Assembly (NCBI GenBank): GCA_013265495.1
Contig: MU057781.1
Location: 248,001-312,000 of the forward strand
Source of the DNA: Vicugna vicugna
Taxonomy: Eukaryota
Length of the DNA: 64,000 bases
Direction of reading: 5' to 3'
The notes below the pieces were generated by a model. The model had not been told where the DNA came from, did not search any database, and saw only the letters and a program-made list of their open reading frames with translations. The translations under genes were made by a program, and so were the position numbers. This document shows, piece by piece, positions 34,351-46,799 of this stretch (positions are counted from its first letter, which is position 1; each line of letters begins with the position of its first letter).

Positions 34351-35480
34351 GGAGTCTCCTAGCATCCACACGGTCTTGTCAAGGCTCATAACCTTCTCTC
34401 CACGATGTGTCCTCTTCAGAGCTGACCTCAGCAGAGACAGTCTGACTTTTCAGTCACATTTTTCTCATTAATTTATGACGACAAAATCAAGTTGCATTTT
34501 ATTGTGACTTTCCAACCTGCCTGGGCTGTCCTCCCGCCCAGTCTCAGGCCCCGGGACCTGGCCTTCCGGTCTCACCTCTGAATGCGCTCGACGCCTTCCT
34601 CATCACCGCCGCGCGGACGAGCTCGGGGCCCTGCAGCGATCAGCACAAGTTCGCGGTGAGAGGACGGCTTGTCCACATTCTCACACGTAACTATTTTAGC
34701 GACAACTCCCTTTTGTCCTGTGAGGTCGTCTCTTCAGATCCTCTGCTCTCTTAGGGATAAAGTTATCAGAAGGGAAGTTCAAGGCCACCGCTGGATGGGC
34801 AGTTCCAGAGTCTAGTAAAACCCTCGTCACTAGCGACGGCAAAATGGAAGACTGTGCGGCCCTGCGGGGCAACGCGTCACTCCTGTGCTCAAGCGGCTGT
34901 GTGAGGTAAGCAAGCACAGGGGTAATTCTTACGAGGCACGATTGAAGTACGTCATCATATCAGCTTCAGGTCTGTAACATAAGATTACATATTTGCATAT
35001 ATTGCGAAACGACCGCCACCATGGGCCTAGCTAACATCCACCACCGCACACGGTTACAAATGTGCTTTCCTTGGGACGAGGATTCTTTAGGACACATTCC
35101 TGGAGCAACTTTCAAACACACAATACAGCGTGAGTGCCTGCAGCCACCGCGCTGCGCGTGGCATCCCAGGGCGTATTCAGTTTACAGCTGGAAGCCTGTG
35201 CCCATTTTTAAGCTTTGCAGCTCTCACTTGTTCTCTTTTTAAATGACTACCGAAACTGAGCTTGATGTTGTGTCCTTTTCCTTAATTTCCTGGAGCTCTT
35301 TGCAGTTAAACAAAGAGCAACCATGCCCCGCCTCTTCAAAGCGTACCTTGGCACCAGCTCCCCAAATGCCTCGTGAGACAGTCAGCTTTGACTTAAATAC
35401 ATACAAGGCAGTTTCACGTGGTTTCGCTTTGTTCTCACATCACTACAAAGATTACTCTCAAGGCTCAGGAACCATCCAGG

Positions 35481-35534
35481 CCAGTTAGCAGTAAAGATCA
35501 AATGACCTTAATTTTTGTCAGGCTGGCATCGTAA
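35481..35534 (+). repeat. 54-bp direct repeat, copy 1 (probable donor)
   Basis: Seen: CCAGTTAGCAGTAAAGATCAAATGACCTTAATTTTTGTCAGGCTGGCATCGTAA, 51/54 identical to 36840-36893. Confidence 0.95.
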
Positions 35535-36179
35535 GTTTATGCTTTGATGCATCCCTTTTGCCCTCAAAACAGAGCAATAATAGATGAAACATAAAAAGAA
35601 GAAAGTAGAAAGCCAGCTCAGGGCTCAGAAGCAAGATAAATCTTGTGTTGTGAACCGGCAGAAATACTGAGCAGCCAGCAGGGATGAAGCCCTGGGGCTC
35701 CTGGGCTCCAGGCACGGGGTCAGGCGGCTGCAGGAGTTTGGCTTGTACAGACCAAAGAGGACTAAACATACTGCACGGGGGACGCGGCATCAGAGTCAGG
35801 TTAGTGCTAAAGCCGGGGTGTGGAATGGGGCCCCCTCACCGCCCAGCAAGCCTGAACGTAACATCACAGAATGCTGCCTGAGGCCCCAGAGAAGGCCAGC
35901 CAAGGTGCAAAGAGGCTGGAAGACAGACGCATCCTTATAACCTGAGCTCAGCAAGACGGCTCCCCAGCGTGGTGATTGGGTCTGTCATAGTCCCAGCATC
36001 ACCTCGTGACTGAGACCCTGAGCCTCCCCTTGGAGACATGGCTCCTGACTGAGGACCCAGACGCAACCACGACAGCTAGAAGAGAAAATACAGAGGCAAG
36101 AGAAACAGCGAAGCAATAAAACCAGTCAAACAGAAAGCTTCCCTTCCAAACCCAAACCCAGATCACGTTAGAAATGTAA

Positions 36180-36970
36180 AGGCTTAGAAATAAAGCCCCC
36201 AAATCAATAATTGCCCCATGATTTACTCCAGATGATAAATCCTTCTACAAAATGCTGGAAAGTACTTTAAAATAATTTTATTTAAGGTGCTTAAAGGCTA
36301 AATGAAGATAAAGAATGTTCACTCAAAATTAATTAATTTTTAAATTAAATCAGAAAGAAGTAAAACAAAAAAAATTAAGTATAAAAATGAACCAATAATA
36401 AATCTTGGAAATGAATAATATAGGCAATTAAATTGTAATTTCAGTAGATCAGTCTACACTAATCAATTCCACATGAGATACAGTCAAAAGAAATGTAAGA
36501 CAGAACTTCAGAGTTCAAATAAAATTCTGCAAAGAAAGATGGATAAATAGGGTTCAACTCTTAAAAGAGATTCTGGAAGGAATTATGTGGCGACAATATA
36601 TAAAATGCTAACAGCTGCGAGGTTTCCAGATTTGATGAAAAGTATGGTTCCTTCAAATATGGAGCAGGGAAAAAATAAACCTATATTTAAGCTAATCGTG
36701 AAAATGCGGGTCAGGAGTAAAGAAAATGTCCTTAAAACCACTAGAAAGAAAGGAAAACTGCCTTAAAAATTATTAGATTGAGAATGAATTTCTCAGCTTC
36801 AACAGTAGATATCAGAGGACACTATTGTCCTCAAAAAATCCAGTTAGCAGTAAAGATCAAATGATCTTCATTTTTGTCAGGCTGGCGTCGTAAAAGTAAT
36901 GGCAACCTGAGATTTCACACCCAGCTAAAGGGTCATCCAAAATGTGAGTGTATGTTTGAAACTTTCCTCC
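36180..36970 (+). mobile_element. Ancient L1 ORF1 remnant (L1ME/HAL1-like)
   Basis: A-rich sense strand with recalled ORF1 landmarks: ...TTCCAGATTTGATGAAAAG..., ...AATGTCCTTAAAACCACTAGAAAGAAAGG..., ...ATTAGATTGAGAATGAATTTCTCAGC..., ...GGCAACCTGAGATTTCACACCCAGCTAAA.... No intact frame. Confidence 0.7.
36840..36893 (+). repeat. 54-bp direct repeat, copy 2 (inserted within the L1 ORF1 remnant)
   Basis: Seen: CCAGTTAGCAGTAAAGATCAAATGATCTTCATTTTTGTCAGGCTGGCGTCGTAA, 3 mismatches to copy 1. Confidence 0.95.
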
Positions 36971-39900
36971 ACATCTTACCGTGGCTCCGCTTGTGGCGAG
37001 CTCTCCCTCCCTGTCCCACAGACTTCAGGCCAGGTCAGGTGATCTGCTCTGGCCTGTGCAACTTGGGAGGAAGAGAGGGTGTGCCAGTTCCGAGCGGACA
37101 CCTATAAGAAGCACGGTGCGTCCTTTTGGGCCTCCTGCGTCCACTGTAAGAGAGCATACCCCAAGAAGCCCTTGTGCCTTCAGCCTGGAGCCAAAGTAGG
37201 AGGGCTTCATGAGCTGGCACCAGCTCGGGCCAGCTTGCAAGCCTGCCAAGTCCGTAGGAATTTTGCGATCCAAGTGTGAAATACAGCCATGATCAGAAAC
37301 TAGCATATATAACTTATTATTAAATAAGTCATATTAAAAACAAAGATAGCAAATACCCAAAGCCCATCACTTCCCACTTATTTCTTCGTATTTTACCGTC
37401 TGTCTGCCCGCGGGGCTCTGCGCACCTCCGGCCTCCGCGTGGTGGGCGTGCTGTGCGACCCTTTGCTGTCACACGCCTCTTTCTGTCCCTGTCAGCGATG
37501 CCAGGTTGGTAGCTTCAAATCCGAGAGCAGTCATAGGGGAGAGTTTACAGCACAGAAGTGGGCGAGTTACAAACCGGGGCTTTATTTATTGTTCTGTTCA
37601 TTTCCTAGACAACAGAGTGACAGAGGAAAGGTTAATAGCAGAGACTAAACGTAAAAGTATGTTTCATCCGCAGCCGTTACATTTTGAACTGCACAAACAT
37701 TGCAGAAGTGTTCTTCCAGCATTCAAAACCATTCTCTCATTCAGCAAAGAAGTTCATCACTTTATAGTTTTAAGTTAGAACAAATAATATAAAATTACTA
37801 GTGTTTGTTTTTTGACCTTTTTCACAGAAACCAGCATAATATGGAGATGTTTTCAAAGTTTTCCTAAATTTAACTAAGAACACAACATTTCCATTGTAAA
37901 CATTTCTGTTATGCTGGCTCTCTAAAATGGATTTGACACCTGGACGGCCATGGAAGGTGCATCTCAGACTCGTTCTGTTGGAGGCTCCCTAGGACCACCC
38001 AGAGCTGGCTGAGCGTCTGTAGCTGAGATGGGCTGGGACCTGACAGCAGAGCTTCTGTTTCCATCAGGGACTCAGAGCCCATCTGAGCTGAGTGTGTCCA
38101 TGGAGGTGATCCAGCCACCTTCCCATTGGCCCTGGAGGTCCTCCCTCCTTGGTCCAGAGGGACGAGACCTTCCTAAGAGACTGGCGGAACTTCCACGTGG
38201 ATGATGTGGATGGCCAAACACCCGCAGTGCCACTGTGTCACACCTGGGGTTCTTACCACCTGAGGTGCCAGTGTCTTCTTCCTCGATGAACAAATGAATG
38301 AGCAAACTGAGGTCAGGAACCACGTCCCACCATCTGCACCTAGAACCAGCTCAGCCTGCAGCGTGCTCGGCCACAGGCCCGGCATCCACACGACGCAGCA
38401 CTGGGAGTCCAGGTGCCCGGGCGCCGGGGGCGCTAGGTAGCCAGGGGAGCGAGACTCTCAGCATCAGGCAGGAGCCTCCTCAGGCGAAGAAGAGAAAGGG
38501 CAGAGCTCCTGCAAGTGAGTGACCTGCTCACGAAGACGGTTCTCTGTGGTCAGCATTTCCCGCAGAACAGGTTGGTGCAGGGAGGAGGCAGAGTGACAGG
38601 GGACAGGACGCCCTCATCACCACCACTTCTGGGGAGGAATGGCTGGCAGCGTGTGCGGGGCTGCCTCGGCCCGGGCCCTGCACTGACAGGGGCGTGCAGC
38701 CAGGAGCAGCGGCCTGTGCAGGCGCCGTGCTCTGTTACACACACTCTCGCTCGTCACTGCCAACACTGAATGCACGGGTCCCTGTCAAGTCTCACTGCGC
38801 GAGCAGTCGTTCAAGGCCAGGGATGTTATTTTCAGACCTTCCCAGACTCATCCAGATACAAATATGTAATCGGGAAAAATGCAGTTGAGAGCAGACTCCC
38901 CGGGGCAGCTCTCAGCATCGGGCAGGTGGAGGCTCTGAGCTTTGAGCTCTGAGGTATGAGGCTCTCGGGGAATTTGCTGGGGTGCCTCTCACACCGGTTC
39001 TATGAGGCCACCGGGAAACCTTTCGTTGCTGGAAGACAGGCAGGTGGCTGCCGGGGCCCGTACTGCACAGGACACGTTTGGATGGGGGTGAAAGGAGGAT
39101 GGGCCCCCTCAGAGGAAAAGGAGGGGCTTGGAGAACAGAGAGCCTGGGCTTCAGGATACCTGCTGTGCGGCTGGTGGGGGAGGGACTCACTGTCCCTGGT
39201 CAAGCTTGACTGGTCCACCACTCAGCTCCCTCCCTCCTCCAGCAGGTTGTTAGATTTCAACGGCCCAGAAGCCCTTCACTTCCATCCAAGGTGAGGCACC
39301 CGGAGCCGCCTCAGAGCAGGTCTCGCTGCCTCTGGAGCTCTGTGGTCCTGCCAGGGCCCTTGGTGCACCCCCGTACTCTGCGTAGCTCCCGGGCTGCGGG
39401 GATCCGTGGACACGGCTCCCGAAGCACCCTGCGCAGGGGCACTGAGGGGAAACAGGCAGGACCTGCAAACGGAGTCCTCGGGGCAGGCCCGGGCCGAGTT
39501 CCCTGATGGAGCTGACGTTGGTTTCCATCTAATTTCTCAGCCCGTTTCTTTTTTATGATCAGAGCTTTCTTTTGCAGAAAAAAATAATACATTTGGAAAC
39601 GCCAATGGGAGAAAAGGAGCCAGTGGGAGGACACGTGGTGCCCAGACAGATCCTGTGCGGACAGACAGGCCCTGGCTCTGTGGGGCCAGAGTGTCTCCAA
39701 CAAGGCCCAGCGTGTCTGCGCACGTGTGTGCTCTGCAGCTGCAACTCAAAAGACGGGTTTGACAGGAGCTGTGCTTAGAAAGCTCGTGCCATCGTGCTCA
39801 CTACATAAAACTAATTTCGGCTGACTGCAGCGCTAATAACTCCCACGGTTAAGAGCCTGCAGAATTCATCTTCATGTTTCCACCAGCGGAGAAAGGGCTG

Positions 39901-40512
39901 ACCCTCAGGATGGTGTGGGTTTGGGCATCAGCGTGGCTGGCATTCCGCTCTCCATCTCTCCGGAGATGCTGGAGTACTTCCCTTCTCTCTCCTCCCCTTG
40001 CCAGGCTGAGAGCCAGGGCCCAGCCGGACGGAGTTCCCAGGTCACACCTTGTGACAGTGGCTGTGTCCGGGGACATGTGCAGATCATCGTCTTACTGGCC
40101 ACTCCCGAGGGACAGAGTGCGGGACGCGGGTGGAGCCCAGGCTCTGACACAGCCCACGGGTCCCGGGCTGGTCCAGCGTTCATCGGTTCAGGCGCTGCCT
40201 GGTGTGTGCGGGTGACAGTGGTGACCGCAGAACCTCGACCCGAGGGGCCCTCCATGGGCCCTGTGTAGACGCGAAAGAAAACCTGCCTGTGGTTTGCCTC
40301 CCGCTCTCCGCCCAGCCCACCAGGTTGCCGACGCAGCCAACTCCAGTCACTCGGAAGCATTCGGTGCAGAATCCCTCACTTCAGTGTTTGGGGGCAGCAA
40401 AGCTTGGTCACAAAGTCTGTAGAAGCAGGTGGAATGGAAAGCAGAGCAAACAAGTAGACCCCTTTGTCATTGTCACGGACACAAGTGTCGGAAGAGAGAG
40501 TTGATTTTGTTT

Positions 40513-40585
40513 CTCTAATCCCTCATTTTGCAGATGATAAAACGGCCTCAATGGGATGCGAGGAATTAGCCCCGGGGACCGTGGG
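40513..40585 (-). mobile_element. MIR remnant
   Basis: TAATCCCTCATTTTGCAGATGATAAAACGGCCTCAATGGGATGCGAGGAATTAGCCC resembles antisense MIR. Confidence 0.6.
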
Positions 40586-42039
40586 CCCGTCTGTTGTATC
40601 GGAGCGGGAACCGGCTCTGACAACAGTCCCGAAGCCTCCCTCTTCGAGCATCACCTCGCCAGGCCCTGCCCTCGGGTTGGCCCCCTGGCGGCTCCGGGTC
40701 CCCTTTTACGGGAGGGCAGCAACACGGCCGAGGTGCCAGACCCGATGGGCAGCCCCGCCTCGGCCTCTCGGCCCCCTTCTCGCAGCAGGAGCTGTGTCTC
40801 CTCTAAGACGTCCCACGCTCTTGGTTTGTCTCTCCCCTGCCCCACGCCTCCCGCGCAAACCCTCCCCAGGGCTTTCTTCCCAACCTGAGCCTCCAAGATG
40901 GAGGCTCCGGGGGAGGGGGCCTTTCTCCTCGCTCTGCACTCTCCCTGCTCCCCTCAGGCCGCATCGTCCCTAGACTCCGCCTGCAGGACGCTGGGCCCAG
41001 GGCTTCCGTGTCCCCCGCGCCGCTCTTCTGAGCGCTACGCAGTTCCAGCGTCCCTACTCTGAAATGCCGCGGAGACATTTAAATAAAGTGCCCCAAAATA
41101 GTCTCTTGGCACTTTTCTTCAAACCTCTTCCTCCTCCATTATTTACATTTCACTTAACACTCAGCGAATATTGCTGGAAGGCCTGCCATCGCCTGCTCTG
41201 GGCGCGCGGGGCACAGGAATGATGCACAGGCCAGGCCCCTGCCCCGGGGGAGCTGCCTTCTCAGTAAAGGGCCACCACCCACGAGGCCCCTGTCGCCCGC
41301 ACGCCCTCCTCCTCCCGCCCCAGCCAGCGCAGCCCCGCGGGATGCGTCTCCACACTGCCCCCTCCCCGCCCGACCCCGCTCCTCCTCCACGCCTGACGCA
41401 GTCTGTGTCGGCAGTGCCTCTCCGTTCCACCCCCCACCTCTCCTGGGCTTCCCAACGTGCTTGTGCCTGACGCCGCTCCTCGAGTGGCGGTTCGCCGTCC
41501 GTCTTTAGGACGTTGCAGCGTCCGTCCTCTTACCTTGCTTCCCGGTCCCGCTCCCTCACCCCACCCTCCCAGAGGGTGCCACAGGTCGTCCCGGAAGGCC
41601 TCCTAGATGGACTTTAACACAGTGGTTCCCACTGACCAGCCTGCTGGAAGGTGCCAGTGCTGGGGTGAACAGGGATGTGGTAAAGGTGCGTCACATGATG
41701 ACAGACAAGGGTGGACGCCAGGGACACAGACCACCATGAATAGCAGGAGGCTGTTTGAGATGGAGGATAAATATCGACGCAGAAGGTCAGAGTGAATACA
41801 GTCACAGGCCTGTGACGCTCCGGCATCCCAGGGGCCAGTGCAGACGGAGCGCTTCCTGCGCCGAAGGAAGCAGGAACCCGTCGCCTGCAGGAGAAAGGAA
41901 AGCTGCCGCTGCGTCTCCGTCGCCACTGGCGCCGAGCCCACGGCCACCGGCATCCCCTCTTCTGCTTCTAGGCTGTGGGCCCGACTCTGCAGGCAAGTGG
42001 GCATTGATGTCTGTAATTACGTAGGGGAGCAGTGTGCGC

Positions 42040-42240
42040 GGAGTCTGGAAGCACGGCTCTCAAGTCTGACCACCTGGGCTTAAACCACAGCTCTCTGCGT
42101 GGAGTCGTGTGACTGCGGGCAAACTCTTACTGCTGTCGGTCCCTGTTCCCTCATGAGGAGGAGCAAAGGCGAAACTTTCATCTTGGGGTCACCAGGACGA
42201 TTACATAAAACAACACGGGGAGCATCACACAGGCCCCGCC
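42040..42240 (+). mobile_element. MIR remnant
   Basis: GCACGGCTCTCAAGTCTGACCACCTGGGCTTAAACCACAGCTCT...GTGTGACTGCGGGCAAACTCTTAC...CCCTGTTCCCTCAT matches MIR (GGCTCTGGAGCCAGACTGCCTGGGTTCGAATCC...TGTGTGACCTTGGGCAAGTTAC). Confidence 0.7.
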
Positions 42241-43131
42241 CCGCAGGTGGCAGAGCTTGTCTCTCCCGGAATCTGACAGCTGCTTGGGCTGTTCTTCCCC
42301 AAGGAGGCGGCTGTAACCCATGACGTTGAGCTAAGCCACATTCGAATACACCCAAGCTTTGATGTACGGCCAACCGGCAGATGGGAACGGGGAGAAGGGT
42401 TCTGGCTGAGCCGCCCGCATCGCTAACTGGGAGCTAGAGCACACACTCCTCCTGATTATGCAGAATAAATGATCAGATCAATCAAGACTGTGAGTCTGAG
42501 GTTTATTCTAATCCCCTGGTGACTTCAGCGAGTGCTGAGCAGGCTGGGCCCCTGCGCGAGAAGCGCTCTGCTCTGCGCAGGTCGCCCCCGCAGCTCTGCT
42601 GTCTGCCCGTGTTCAGAGGGTAAGCGTGTATTGAAGACAGTGCCTGCGAGGTCACGCTCGTGGACCCCTGCTATGTCCTGGGCCCTGGGCTCAACCCCTG
42701 GTGGCTCTTCCAGCTTATTCTCAACACAACCTACCGGTAGATCCTGTGGCCGGGCGTGGTGTGCTGGACCCTGACTGCTGAGCTGAGGGCGGTGGGTTTG
42801 TTGACAGGCGGTGGGCTCTCTGAAGAGGTCACACGTGTGACCAAGTGTGTCCCGGAAGTGCCTCGTGGCAGTAAAACGCCAGTGGTCAATGCGTGTCCTG
42901 GAGAGTAAGTTGAATTTCCCTCCTCCCTCCTCTTGCCTGCTTGTTCTAGAAGCTCACAGTTGCGGTAAATGCCAAGCCAAACCCCTGCCTTCGTGTGTTA
43001 CAGTGCGTTCACAGAGACAAAGCCGCGCGTGAGTCCCCAGGTAACTCATTTACTTTATGTCTCTAAACAGTCAAGTAAAACCCGCATTTTAAGCAGCATC
43101 CACAACAAGCGCAGAGGTTTTCTTCCTAAAG

Positions 43132-44540
43132 GAAAAGGCTGCCATTTCCCCACTGCGTGCTCTCGGGTCACTTGTCGAAGCCCTGCCTGCGTGAGTGGGT
43201 TTACTTGCGGGCTGTCCGTCCTGTTCCATTGGTCTGTGTGCCTGTGTTCATGCTGGCACCATGCTGCTTTGGTCTCTCCAACAAATGATGCTGGGGAAAC
43301 CAGATATCCACATGCAAAAGAATGAAGCCGGACACTTCTGCTGCGTCACACACGGACGTCAGCTCACGGCTGTGAAAGCCTTAAACACACGGCCGTGATC
43401 GCAAGCCTCTGTGGAGAAAAGGCAGGAGAAAGGCTCCCTGACGTCCCGAAGGTCTCAGCAGTGACCGCGCAGGGAGGACACCAGGAGCACAGGCACCACA
43501 AGCAAGAAGCAGGCAAGCGGGCCCAGACCGAAGTAGGAGGCCCCTCGGGAGACGGAAGCAAAGGAAACGCAGCACAGAACGACAAGGCGACCTGCAAACT
43601 GGGGGGAGCGGCTGCAGGCGACACGCGATAAGGGGTTAACGTCCAAATTATACCAAGAGCCTTACAACTTAATTGCAGTAGCACACACAGCCCAAATAGA
43701 AATGGACCAAGGACTTGGATAGACATTTAGCCAAAGAAATGCAGGTGGCCGAAAGGTGTATGAGAAAGTGCTCGGCGTCACTAATCCTCAGGGAAAGGCA
43801 AAGTGAAACAACAGCGAGACACCCCCTCCCACCTGTTTGGATGGCTGCCGTCCAAAGGGAAGGAAAGGCAGCAGGGGCTGGGGAGAAGGCAGAGACATCA
43901 GAGCCCGCATGCCGACGCTGCGGAAGGCAGTGCGAGGCGCCTCCAGAAACAAAAACTAGAGCTCTGCCACATGATCCAGCCTCTCCGCTCTGGGTACTGA
44001 CCCAAAAGAGCTGAAAGCGGGAAAGTCAGAGACACGCACACCCCCTTGTTGATTGCAGCATCATTCATAAAGCCAAGATACGGAAACCGTGTAAATGCCC
44101 AGCAGCGAATGGATAAAGGAAATTCGGTGTATGTGTGTGCACGTGTGCGTGCACACACACACACAGACACACACGCACACGCGCACACACACAGAGTGGA
44201 ATATTATTCAGCCTTTAAAAAGGAAGGAACTCCTGCATTGTGTGATGACATGGGTGAAGTTGGAGGATATTATGTGAGAAGTCAGACACAGAGGATCAAT
44301 ACTACATGGTTCACTGACACGTGGAATCTAGAAAAGAACTCATGGAAACAGAGCAGAAGAGGGGTTCCCAGGGGCTGGGGGAAGAAGGAGGGTGGGGATG
44401 CTGTTCAGTGAGTCTCAAGTTTCAGTGCAGCAAGACAAGTGTGTCTCAGAGGCAACGCCATGACTGCGGGCGCGGCTCCGGCTCTTACATGGAAGAGCCC
44501 GCTGAGAGGCCCGTCTCGTGGTGAGAGCTCTCACCACAGG
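43132..44540 (+). mobile_element. L1MA-like 3' portion with an inverted 5' segment (43132-43272)
   Basis: Track ORFs read DRHLAKEMQVAERCMRKCSASLILRERQSETTARH, IAASFIKPRYG, and SEWIKE...EWNIIQPLKRKELLHCVMTWVKLEDIM, all matching the L1 ORF2p C-terminus. 43145-43272 is antisense L1 (TTTCCCCACTG...CTGTTCCATTGGTCTGTGTGCCTGTGTTCATGCTGGCACCATGCTG). Sense L1 starts at ~43272 (GTCTCTCCAACAAATGATGCTGGGGAAAC). Confidence 0.9.
44130..44192. repeat. (TG)n-(CA)n microsatellite inside the L1
   Basis: Seen: GTATGTGTGTGCACGTGTGCGTGCACACACACACACAGACACACACGCACACGCGCACACACACAG. Confidence 0.9.
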
Positions 44541-46799
44541 GAAGAGCGGTCGTGGAGAAGCTCTCTAGCAGCCACGTGTGGCCTGAGCACCAGCAAGTGG
44601 AGAGCAGGGTGAGGGCTGAGTGGGACCCCGTCTGTCAAGGATGCGGGGCGGCAGCCTTCAGTCACAAGGCTCCTCAAACAGAGACGGGGCCCATGTGGCG
44701 ATGCCGTCAGCCGTCATCAGGGAAATAAATGAAAGGAAAGACGGTCAGCTCCAGGAGGGAGTGTGTGCTGAGGCCTGTCTGGGGTGGATCTCCTTGGTGG
44801 GGGACACGGGGACGGCTGGGGAGGTGGGAACCTTCAGGGTGCCGAGCATCCGGCTGAGGTGGGGGCCCGGCAGGAGTGTGGCCAGACCCCAGGCTTTGCC
44901 ACCGGGAGTGCCCTCGGTAAGCTTGGGAAAAGATAAATCAGATGGAGCTTCAAGTCCAGATTTAGGGAGGAGAGGCCAGTAGAAGGTGGCAGGGGACCCT
45001 CTTGCCCGTCTCAGGACTCCCATGATCCTTTGGGTGGTGGTGACAGCAGTGTCTGCGTGAGGCTGGAGGTCACACTGTCCCAGACAGAGTCCGGCCTCTG
45101 AACGGACGTGCCCCTGCCCCTTCTCGCAGGCCAGCCCCTCGGCCGGCGTGCAGCTTCAAGGCCACCGCCTGGGAGGCTCTCCGGGCTCCCCACCTCCCAC
45201 ACCTTGACTCCACCTCCTGGAGTCACTTTGCAAGTTACACTTGTTTCGCGATAACCTTCCCATCTGAACAGCTGGCTTCGTGGGGGCGAGAACTTCAGCC
45301 CCGGACGTGAGAAAGAAGCAAATTCCCATGTGAGCGAAGGACGGATGGAAGCTGCCATTTTGCTCACAAACCAGGCTGGTTCCCACGCTGGGAGATTCCT
45401 CTCTAATCAGCACTAGTTGTGACAAGACGTGTGTGTGTTTGTGGTTACAAACTTGCCGTGAAGGACAGCACAATTCGCTCTAAACTGCCTTCGGAAGGAA
45501 AGAAGACATTATTATAATAAAGATGTTGGTTCCCAGTGTGAGTTACTTAGAAAACATAACTTGCTTGGATTTAGAGGTTTGCATATGTGAGAAAATAAAT
45601 GTCACCATTTTATGGTCGTATCTTGTCTGAAAGTCTGCTCTCTGATACGCGTGAATGTCACTTTCTTGTTAATAACTGTTACAATTTGATTAATTTCCAG
45701 ACAGTAGTGTATTTTGTCCAAAGTCCATAAATAGTGATTTTTTTTTGAGAATGAGAGAAACTACTGGAGTTTTTTTTTTAATCCAAGTAAATTAAATTCA
45801 GTTTTCTCTGCACACTGTTACTTATTCATTTTGAAAAGAGCTAAAATAAACTTACCTGATGGAAGGTTTGTATTTATTAAACAAACTTTGGTTTATAAAG
45901 TACAAAATTATGCTTAAATACAAAAATGGTTCTATGTTAGTTATCTTGCCATTACTCAGTGGGAGTGCCCTGAGGTTGTGCAACCTAAAATTTCTGGGAA
46001 AAAAAAAAGCTGCTGCATTAACACGCTCCAGTGTTTACCACGGCACCTACGAATGAAGATCTGGTGTCGAATAAGAATTTTAAATGCTGCAATTGAGACG
46101 GTTTGTGATCCATGATAATCTAGAAGAGGCTGGCTTCGTCACCATCACACCTAATGTTACGACACAAAAACCGCCCTGCCGAAGTTTGGGGCAGCTCTGT
46201 CTCTCAGAGCAGTGTTTCTCAGTTTTAGCCTCAAAAAACCACCCAGTAGGCACAACTCATCTATTCTAGATAACTTTTCAAAGATCTGTGGCAATTCTAA
46301 AAAAAATTTGAAACGAGCATAGAATTTTAAAAAAGCAAAACGCAATTCTTATCACATTTGCCAACACGCTTACACGGCAGCAAGTGTTGGCTTGGGCACA
46401 CCTGTCAGTGATTCTAGGCATTTGGTGAAACACAATATAAAGATAATGGAGCAGTTTCTCAGCGGGTTATCCCCACGGAGAAATGGTCCAATCCGGGAAA
46501 CAGTGATGGATGGGTTCCTGCAAAACCTTCCTACTGACATTAGGTCCTATTCCTTTTCTTTATGATCTCTGGCAACTCCTGCACATAATTTTAAAATCGG
46601 TCTCAAAATACATCACAGGGTCTTTCCAACAGGTGAATAAAATTCTCACGTGCCCAGAAAGAGTATTGATGATGGAAGCATTTTCCCAGCCAGACCTCCA
46701 AACAATATTGAGGTATCTGATCTTCCACGTTAAAGCCCATGAAATGGCCCGCAGGGACGGGCTCAGGGGGTCCCAGGTTCCGTGCGCACCTTGGAAGTG

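Noticed and set aside
46209-46503. Possible hAT-Charlie MITE (CAGTGTTTCTCAG ... CCGGGAAACAGTG)
   Set aside because: The terminal inverted repeats are imperfect, I found no 8-bp TSD, and I could not match the interior to a known family.
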